DNA of 64,000 nucleotides from Spirochaetales bacterium (GTDB lineage Bacteria; Spirochaetota; Spirochaetia; JABEVK01): NCBI GenBank assembly GCA_037142615.1, contig JBAXAI010000003.1, positions 129,028 to 193,027 of the forward strand, read 5' to 3'. Shown piece by piece: positions 49,233 to 55,866 of this stretch (position 1 is its first letter; each line of letters starts with the position of its first letter). The notes under the pieces were generated by a model. It saw only the letters and a program-made list of their open reading frames with translations, ran no database searches and was not told where the DNA came from. The position numbers and the translations under genes were made by a program.

Positions 49233-50752
49233 TAGGAGAGTCCTCGCCGGGTGAGTGCTTCGCGCAGGGACAGACCTCGGGCAGTGAGGCGGTACTTCTG
49301 TTTGGAACTGTTGGGCTTGTCGGGAATCGTCATTTCGACAAGGCCCTCATCAATTGCGGGCTGGAGGTAGAGATTGCGGAAATTGTCGTCGCCACGTAGT
49401 TGAAGAGCGTTTCGAAGTTCATTCCGCGACATTGGCCCGTTGCAGACCACAAGGAGCTTTTTGACTTCACCTGTGACTTCACCTGTGACTTCACCTGTGA
49501 CTTCACCTGTGACTTCACCTGTGACTTGCCCGGTAGCTTGTGCGGTGGGGCGCCAAATGGTGGTGACAAAACTGTCAGTGAGGGTGAATTCCGGCTCGCG
49601 GAGACCCGCTTCGCGACACCGGCGGATCATGTCGCCGGTGCCGGTACCCATGCGCTCGATGTAGCGGGCCAAGTAGAGGGGCTCGGCGATCAGCGGGTTC
49701 GCTGGTACCGAAGCATGCGGCAAACGCAGCTTGGCCAAAGTCAACGACGGCGGAAGCTCACCGGGATTCCAGACTTCGAGCCTATCGGCGAAAAGCATTA
49801 CCTGCACGCTGGCGTTGCTGGTGTAATCGCGGTGCGCGACAGCGTTGACGATGGCTTCGACGACCACCTCTTGCGGAATCTCGTAGTGCACCGGGGCCTG
49901 AACGCTTTCTGCCCTGGTTCCCACGCTCAAGTTGAGCTTCGACATCACAAAATCGACAGCCTGGTCGACAAGCTCGAAAAGGGTCCCTTTGTAGACTTGG
50001 TACGAAGGAATGGGTTTGGCCACCTCGGTGCCGTGAAAATGGGCACATTTGACTTCGGACGTGAGGAAGAATCGCTGCGGCTTCTGAGCAAAGAGCAGCA
50101 CGGCCGCGTTCACCGGGCGACCATGGTCGAGCAGATCCAGGTGGGTCAGCAGTTCCAACTCGGCCACGCCCTCGGGCAATGGGAAGTTCCGGGCGTAGCG
50201 GGCGGCCCGCACAAAGCGCTGCATCCGCTCGGGGTCCAAGTCGGCAACGGTCGCCTTGAGGCTGGGCGCGGCGTCGAAAGGCCCTTGGCGGATCAGGTCG
50301 CGATCGACAAGAAACTGAACCAGCGAAGCGTACACCGAGGCGATCAGTTCCGAGTTTGTCGTGAATCGTCGCCTAATCAGGTCGGCACCCGCACGGCGAA
50401 TCAGCGCTTGCATCTGAGGGTGCTTACTCCCGTCGGACTGTCCTTTGACGTAGATAAGCCGCGTCTTGTACAGTTCGGTGGCTTTGTCGAACTCACGTTC
50501 CGTTGGCGAGATTCCCTGCGAGTCTTGAAAGCCGTAGTCGTCACCCAAAATGCCCAAGTAGAGGTCGCAGCGCTCCACCTCGTTCAGGTAAAGGGAATTG
50601 GCACGTTGGTCGGCAGCGGGAACGTCTTCGAACAGGAACACGGTGAAGAAACGCCGCAGCAACGCATCGCCGGTCAGATAGTCGCGAAGGGCCGCACGCT
50701 CCGAGGACAATTCCTTCTGGACGCTGCTGATGAAAATCCGCAACGGGGTCAT
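49232..50752 (-). CDS. DUF4062 - HATPase_c_4 - wHTH (Fic-like C-terminal) protein
   Basis: RIFISSVQKELSSER, SPTEREF (DUF4062); EAIVNAVAHRDY, NPG, ERMGTG; IPDKPNSSKQKYRLT; start ATG 50752 overlaps the upstream stop (ATGA). Confidence 0.85.
   Translation of the reverse strand: MTPLRIFISSVQKELSSERAALRDYLTGDALLRRFFTVFLFEDVPAADQRANSLYLNEVERCDLYLGILGDDYGFQDSQGISPTEREFDKATELYKTRLIYVKGQSDGSKHPQMQALIRRAGADLIRRRFTTNSELIASVYASLVQFLVDRDLIRQGPFDAAPSLKATVADLDPERMQRFVRAARYARNFPLPEGVAELELLTHLDLLDHGRPVNAAVLLFAQKPQRFFLTSEVKCAHFHGTEVAKPIPSYQVYKGTLFELVDQAVDFVMSKLNLSVGTRAESVQAPVHYEIPQEVVVEAIVNAVAHRDYTSNASVQVMLFADRLEVWNPGELPPSLTLAKLRLPHASVPANPLIAEPLYLARYIERMGTGTGDMIRRCREAGLREPEFTLTDSFVTTIWRPTAQATGQVTGEVTGEVTGEVTGEVTGEVKKLLVVCNGPMSRNELRNALQLRGDDNFRNLYLQPAIDEGLVEMTIPDKPNSSKQKYRLTARGLSLREALTRRGLS
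49462..49528. repeat. 12-bp tandem repeat (TGACTTCACCTG x5 plus partial), encodes (TGEV)n
   Basis: Five exact copies at 49462-49521. Confidence 0.95.
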
Positions 50753-50768
50753 GGTGTTACCTCCCAGT
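50745..50768. repeat. 24-bp direct repeat, copy 1 (gene-junction motif)
   Basis: GGGGTCATGGTGTTACCTCCCAGT, 22/24 identical to 51588-51611. Confidence 0.85.
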
Positions 50769-51342
50769 CTCCCGGGTCTTTCCGCGTATTTTCGGCAGTC
50801 AATTGCTGCGCCAGTGCACTCGAAAGTCCTTGCATTTGATCCTTGACGTATTGCCACGTCCATCCGTTCCGGTACACCGGGTCTGGTTCCATGGCAGTGT
50901 CATCAAAATAGTTCAGGCTTCGAACCGCCGAGAATTGCTGGTCATGGCCATATTTGACAAGGAAGTTGTCGAGCGACGATCTGAGTGAAAGTCCGTTCTC
51001 GTGGAGGTAGAGCAGGTCGGAAAAGTCTTTTTTGGATCCACGCCCCATGACGGCGTAGACTTTCATGGCCGAAACGTCGGCCAAAGAGGCAAGTCGGAAA
51101 GTTTGGAGTTGGTCGTAGGGTTTGATCCATTTCTGGTCGTGTCGAACGAGGTCGAGCTTCACTCCATCAACAAAGGCGAAAACGCCAGCCCTACTTACTG
51201 AGTTGACAACGACACGTTCAAACGCGGCCTCAAGCTCCTGCCGGAGGACGGTTGATTCGAAGGGTACATTCGAGAGCTCCGACCACTTCATGAGCTTTTC
51301 GAGGAGTGTCAGCAGGTTTGGTTCAACGCTGTCATTGTGCAT
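50749..51342 (-). CDS. AbiEii-family nucleotidyltransferase toxin, apparently lacking the catalytic motif
   Basis: DGVKLDLV, ASLADVSAMKV.AV.GRG.KKDF.DL, SLNYFDD; the GGT...HR.S.DLD segment is not present. Confidence 0.75.
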   Translation of the reverse strand: MHNDSVEPNLLTLLEKLMKWSELSNVPFESTVLRQELEAAFERVVVNSVSRAGVFAFVDGVKLDLVRHDQKWIKPYDQLQTFRLASLADVSAMKVYAVMGRGSKKDFSDLLYLHENGLSLRSSLDNFLVKYGHDQQFSAVRSLNYFDDTAMEPDPVYRNGWTWQYVKDQMQGLSSALAQQLTAENTRKDPGDWEVTP

Positions 51343-51595
51343 CGGGCCCTCCCAAGTAGGCGCGCAAAAAGGCCGCCTCGCGCGGTTGCAGCCGAAGCTT
51401 GGGCAACAGTGCCACCATCTGTTCCCTCGAAATAAACGTGCTCACGAGAATCCAGTCGTTCCAGAAACCTCGCTCCAGAACGCGCTCCAAAAGCCACTTG
51501 CGATGCTCGTTGGCATCGACCTTGGTCTGATCGACGTCCCAGAACAGCGTTTCTGACAATTGCATAACCCAAGGCGTCGGCAAGTCTGGTGTCAT
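51332..51595 (-). CDS. DUF6922-like AbiE-associated antitoxin
   Basis: LFWDVD...EH..WLLERVLERG...DW; overlaps the AbiEii start. Confidence 0.75.
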   Translation of the reverse strand: MTPDLPTPWVMQLSETLFWDVDQTKVDANEHRKWLLERVLERGFWNDWILVSTFISREQMVALLPKLRLQPREAAFLRAYLGGPDAQ

Positions 51596-51611
51596 GGTGT
51601 CACCTCCCAGT
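51588..51611. repeat. 24-bp direct repeat, copy 2
   Basis: GGTGTCATGGTGTCACCTCCCAGT. Confidence 0.85.
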
Positions 51612-52743
51612 GGCCGGCTTTGGTGGAGCCTATACGCTTGAGTTTGCCCTTGGCTTGAAGCACGGCGAAGTGTTTTTTGATGGCTCGATCGGTGAGGCCC
51701 AGTTCAACAGCCAACAGCGCAGCCGTCAGTTTTGGCCTACCTTCAAGGAGCTGAAGTATTTTCTTGTCCACTTCGCTGATTTCTTGGGAACTTTCTTGGG
51801 AACTTTCTTGGGTACTTTCTTCGCCGGTTCGGAAGAAAGTGACCGAGAACCAGTTGGTGCTGATCTCGACGCGGTTCTGAAAGATGTGCACCTGCACGTT
51901 GGCGGGGCTGCGGTAGTCACGGTGCACAAGGGCGTTCACCACGGCTTCGCGCAGGGCGACTTCGGGAAGCTCGAGGATTTCTTTGCGCGGCCCGCCGCCG
52001 ATCTCGTAACGAGTGTTCAGGTGCGCTTTAAGGTAGACCATGACGCTCTCGACGTTGCTGGCCATGTCGCTTTCGTACAGTTTCTGGTCGAGGATGGTGA
52101 CCTTTTCGGTGCCCTGGAACACCACGCAGAACACCTTGGCGCTGACCAGAAAGTGGGTTGCGGGCCGACCGAACACCAAAGCGCCGGCATTGGTCATGCC
52201 AGCTTCGGTGGTAAGTTTGAGGTTGCGCAGGGTGTCGTTGCGGTCGAGGCCAGCTGGAATACGCGCCAGTCGGGTGAACGAGCTCCATGCCGCGTCCGAG
52301 AGGTCCCGCTCCAAGCGGAACTCAGGGTTGATGGCCGAATCGAAGTAGATGAGCCCCTCGTTGAAAAAGAAATCCCGCAGCTGGTTGCGGTTCATCTTTT
52401 GGCAATTGGCACCTTCGCGCAGATAGAACACGCCTTTGGTGGAGTGCGGCTTGTCGCGGCTCGATTCGATGCCAATGACAATGACCCCACCGACCACTTC
52501 AACCGTAATGGCGATAGGCGGGTCACAATTGCGGGCGTGGTCCTGAACCTGACTGACCACCCGGTTCGCGTTGACCACGGGATGAAACGTGCCATCGTCG
52601 GCGACACCAATCAGGACTTGCCCACCCGAACCGTTGGCCATGGCACAGAGTTCGCGGCCCAGATCGTCGGGCAAGGCCTGTTTGAACTCGAGATGTTGGC
52701 CTTCGCCGAGGGCGATCAGGTTCGCGAGGGTTTGGGGGGTCAT
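51592..52743 (-). CDS. AlbA_2/Schlafen - HATPase_c_4 (internally shortened) - wHTH protein
   Basis: EGQHLEFK, AMANGSGG.VLIGV.DDG; EAVVNALVHRDY; RIGSTKAGHWEV tail. Confidence 0.82.
   Translation of the reverse strand: MTPQTLANLIALGEGQHLEFKQALPDDLGRELCAMANGSGGQVLIGVADDGTFHPVVNANRVVSQVQDHARNCDPPIAITVEVVGGVIVIGIESSRDKPHSTKGVFYLREGANCQKMNRNQLRDFFFNEGLIYFDSAINPEFRLERDLSDAAWSSFTRLARIPAGLDRNDTLRNLKLTTEAGMTNAGALVFGRPATHFLVSAKVFCVVFQGTEKVTILDQKLYESDMASNVESVMVYLKAHLNTRYEIGGGPRKEILELPEVALREAVVNALVHRDYRSPANVQVHIFQNRVEISTNWFSVTFFRTGEESTQESSQESSQEISEVDKKILQLLEGRPKLTAALLAVELGLTDRAIKKHFAVLQAKGKLKRIGSTKAGHWEVTP
51781..51822. repeat. 12-bp tandem repeat (TTCTTGGGAACT, about 3 copies), encodes (QESS)n
   Basis: ttcttgggaact ttcttgggaact ttcttgggtact ttcttc. 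Confidence 0.85.
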
Positions 52744-53777
52744 GGCTCTTCCTTGGCAAGGAACCGTTGGCGGGCAACCTCGATGGACTCATGAAGTCGC
52801 GCCTCGAGGGTCGCTCGGGGCGGCAATACCGTGAGGTATTCAGCAACATGAATGCTGCCATGGTCGAGTTCGAGAAGCTCGATTTGTTCGTTCTTTTTGC
52901 CCGCACACAAGATGATGCCCAGCGGAGTCTCTTCATCTGACTCCAGTTCGTGCTTCGCGAGCCAGCGCAGGTACAGCTCCATTTGCCCCTTATACTCTGC
53001 CTTGAAAACCCCCAGTTTGAGATCGATGGCAACCAGTCGACGGAGCTTGCGGTTGTAGAACAGGAGGTCGATGTAGAAGTCATCGTCGTCGATCTGGATT
53101 CGTTTCTGCCGTGCGACGAACGTGAAGCCCGAGCCAAGCTCAAGGAGAAAGTGTTCCAACTCGCGCAGAATGGCGTCCTCAAGATCGCGTTCCAGGTACC
53201 GGTCATTTAGCCCTAGAAAGTCGAGCAGATAGGGGTCCTTGAGAAGCAGTTCCGACGTGACCGTGCCCTCAAGTCGTAACTGATCCAAATCGTGGCGGAT
53301 CGTTTCGTCGGGCTTTTTGGACAGCGCGGTGCGCTCAAAAAGCATGGAATTCATGCGTTCCTGCAGCTGTCGCACGCTCCAGAGTTCCAAGCGGCACAGT
53401 TCGACGTAAAAGTCCCTCTTCAGAGAGTCTTCGACGTACGAAAGGTTCCTCAAATGACTCCAGCTCAATTCTCTACACAGTGTGTAGAGAATCTCTTGTG
53501 CCGGGAAGCTGGTCGCTACCTGCACACAATGACCAAGGTGCTTTTCACCCCAACCCTTACCAAACTCGATGGTCAATTGCGCAGCGAGTTCGGCCAAGAC
53601 CTGCTTGCCGTAGGTAGCTCGCTCCCCTTTGAGGACTTCCACGGATATCCGCTTGCCGACTTGCCAGTAGAGTTGGGTGAGTTCTGCATTGACCGCGACG
53701 GCAACTCGTTGTCGGGAGGCAACGATGAGCTTGCGGAGGTCTGTCAGTAGGTTCGGTTCGACGCTGTCAAAGTGCAT
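52740..53777 (-). CDS. YhcG / DUF1016 PD-(D/E)XK nuclease
   Basis: LYWQVG, LSWSH, WSVRQL, KDPYLLDFL, FLLELGSGF.FV.RQ, IDLLFY, IDLK, GQM..YL; start ATG 53777. Confidence 0.92.
   Translation of the reverse strand: MHFDSVEPNLLTDLRKLIVASRQRVAVAVNAELTQLYWQVGKRISVEVLKGERATYGKQVLAELAAQLTIEFGKGWGEKHLGHCVQVATSFPAQEILYTLCRELSWSHLRNLSYVEDSLKRDFYVELCRLELWSVRQLQERMNSMLFERTALSKKPDETIRHDLDQLRLEGTVTSELLLKDPYLLDFLGLNDRYLERDLEDAILRELEHFLLELGSGFTFVARQKRIQIDDDDFYIDLLFYNRKLRRLVAIDLKLGVFKAEYKGQMELYLRWLAKHELESDEETPLGIILCAGKKNEQIELLELDHGSIHVAEYLTVLPPRATLEARLHESIEVARQRFLAKEEP
53468..53492. repeat. Perfect 25-bp palindrome inside yhcG-like CDS
   Basis: ATTCTCTACACA-G-TGTGTAGAGAAT. Confidence 0.9.
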
Positions 53778-53892
53778 CGGGCCCTCCGAGGTAGTCACGC
53801 AAGAAGGAGGCATCGACATTCGACTGATCGGCGTCCCAGAATAGCGTTTCTGACAATTGCACTACCCAGGAAGTCTGAATAAAATCACTCAT
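53767..53892 (-). CDS. 41-aa mini-ORF, internally deleted paralog of the DUF6922-like antitoxin (not in the ORF track)
   Basis: MSDFIQTSWVVQLSETLFWDADQSNVDASFLRDYLGGPDAL*, GAAGGA RBS; matches both ends of 51332-51595. Confidence 0.7.
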   Translation of the reverse strand: MSDFIQTSWVVQLSETLFWDADQSNVDASFLRDYLGGPDAL

Positions 53893-54000
53893 TTTGGTTC
53901 CTTCGGGCTGCTGGGTGACCATCGTATCCTCACAGTGGACGTAGGGAAATGTCGAGCTCTTTTACCGATACCCAGTGGTATGAGATTTCTTCGTCTCATT

Positions 54001-55851
54001 TTACAACCAAATTGCTCTTGCGATGTCGAACAAGAGGCGGTGCCGCTCTTCGAGCTCACTGGGGCCAAATTGATCCATAGGCCTGAAGTTCAAGGCAAAC
54101 TGTTGAATCATCCTTGTAAAGTCCAGTTTGTTGTTGTAGCTGTCGGCGCGCAGAGTCTCATTCCAGTACAGTGAGTTCGCGTACGACTTCAGCTTCTCGC
54201 TGTAGACTTCGTTGCTGCTGGCGATGTTGTCTTTTCCCTTGAGAAGCAAGAGACCGCCAAGCCGATTCCTTTCGCGCTCGAACAGCTCGAGGTCATTTCC
54301 AAAGAGCGAGCGGTTCTCGTCGTTCTCAGCAAGAATGTGCTCAATGTGGAAGCCATTCACGGCACCAGTGTTTGCAACCAAGTCACTAAAGGAGTGCTTC
54401 ATGTTCATTGCTGTTTGTTCCGCAAGAAAAGACTCCACACGCGAGAAGAAGTAGCGCTTGAATCGCTTTGGAAGCTCGATTCCCGTCTCTTTAAAGAGAC
54501 CATAGGAAAAGACGTCGTTTGACTGAACGCCCCTGATATCGGCGAACAAAGCAAGAAGGTATTTATCGAAAACCAGCTGTATTGTATCGACGTCTTGCTT
54601 TCGAATCTCTGCACTAATCAAGTAGATTGCCAGATTGAACTCATTGCTGTCATTGCTCCGCTGAAGCGAAAGTAATGAGAACATTTTGTCAACGTTGCTC
54701 GAAACCACCTGAATTTTGCGAGCCTCATCCGGATCGTTGAGACTACAGGCCGAGATTATGAGAAGGAATTGACTATTCATTTCGTTGAGTCGATTGAAGT
54801 AAACATGCTGAAAGCCAGCCGATTGATTTCGCGCATATTCAGAAATGCGGACAAAAAGCTCAGTGTAGTAGGTGAAGTCCTTTTGAAGAAAACGCCGAAC
54901 CGCAATCGGATCATGAAGCAGATTGAGAACGCCGTTGACTTCGGGAAGAAACATGGTTCGGTGATAGTCCTTGTCGAACTTCTTGGACTCGCCGGCAGTG
55001 TTTGCAAAGAGCGCCCGAAGATAGTAGCCAAAGAATGTATCGATTTCGTCCTCGCCGAACCGGTTGATCTCGGCAATACGGGACTCCCAAAGCTCATTGA
55101 GTTTTAGTTGCTCGAGTTCGTCCTTGTCAATAATCCCTAGGAGTTTTCCCTTCAGGATTTCATGAGGACGAAGCCGAACTCCTCGATCATTGATCACTTC
55201 AAAGACCATCGGAACTTCGGTCTGCTCAACATTGAGATTGATCAGGACTAGTCGACGAAGAAAGTAGAAGACAAAACTCTCGAACTTTCGTTTGTCAACG
55301 AGCTCGAGTTCAAGCGATTTTGAGATTACTTTGTAGTTGGTAACCATGTTTCTGGCGGTAATGCCAGAACTCACATCGATCTGATCACCGTTGCTATCCT
55401 TGTCAAAGAGTGCCTTCATGGTCGCTTTGTGGGCCTCATGATTCATCCAGAATTCTTTCTTGAATCCTGTCTGCCCGGCGATCTTCTCAGAGATCCAGCC
55501 CTCCAGCGTAGAGTGGTGGAAGAGAGAGAGGTGCCGAAGTTTCATGAGAATAAGCATGAGAGTCGTCAAGCGTTGTTGCCCGTCGACGATGAATTTCTTA
55601 CCGCTAATCACATTTGTCACGTAAGTGTTTAAGTAATACCAAGAGTACTTTTCGCAGAGCTCATCTAGTTCCAATGGACTGGACTGATGCTTCAGGTACT
55701 CGATGTTAAATTTGTAGAACACGTCTTCCAGCAGTCGGCTGACGGGTTCCTCGTTCCACTTGTATTGGCGTTGGTAGAAATCTATATAATATGGGGTGTT
55801 CGAAAACACCTCCGAGATATTCTGATTGTTCGGTGCGACGTCCGTTGCCAT
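54001..55851 (-). CDS. GmrSD-like type IV restriction protein (DUF262 + DUF1524)
   Basis: YQRQYKW, IVDGQQRLTT, FEVINDRG; HIEHILA, NRLGGLLLL...N...SN (HNH-like); lower GC than the host. Confidence 0.88.
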   Translation of the reverse strand: MATDVAPNNQNISEVFSNTPYYIDFYQRQYKWNEEPVSRLLEDVFYKFNIEYLKHQSSPLELDELCEKYSWYYLNTYVTNVISGKKFIVDGQQRLTTLMLILMKLRHLSLFHHSTLEGWISEKIAGQTGFKKEFWMNHEAHKATMKALFDKDSNGDQIDVSSGITARNMVTNYKVISKSLELELVDKRKFESFVFYFLRRLVLINLNVEQTEVPMVFEVINDRGVRLRPHEILKGKLLGIIDKDELEQLKLNELWESRIAEINRFGEDEIDTFFGYYLRALFANTAGESKKFDKDYHRTMFLPEVNGVLNLLHDPIAVRRFLQKDFTYYTELFVRISEYARNQSAGFQHVYFNRLNEMNSQFLLIISACSLNDPDEARKIQVVSSNVDKMFSLLSLQRSNDSNEFNLAIYLISAEIRKQDVDTIQLVFDKYLLALFADIRGVQSNDVFSYGLFKETGIELPKRFKRYFFSRVESFLAEQTAMNMKHSFSDLVANTGAVNGFHIEHILAENDENRSLFGNDLELFERERNRLGGLLLLKGKDNIASSNEVYSEKLKSYANSLYWNETLRADSYNNKLDFTRMIQQFALNFRPMDQFGPSELEERHRLLFDIARAIWL

Positions 55852-55866
55852 TTTTCTCCCCTTCCC

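Noticed and set aside
49462-49528. CRISPR-like array
   Set aside because: 12-bp head-to-tail repeats with no spacers, in frame in a CDS; no cas genes.
49232-55851. Integron cassette array
   Set aside because: No attC-type RYYYAAC...GTTRRRY hairpins between genes (genes overlap) and no integrase in the window.
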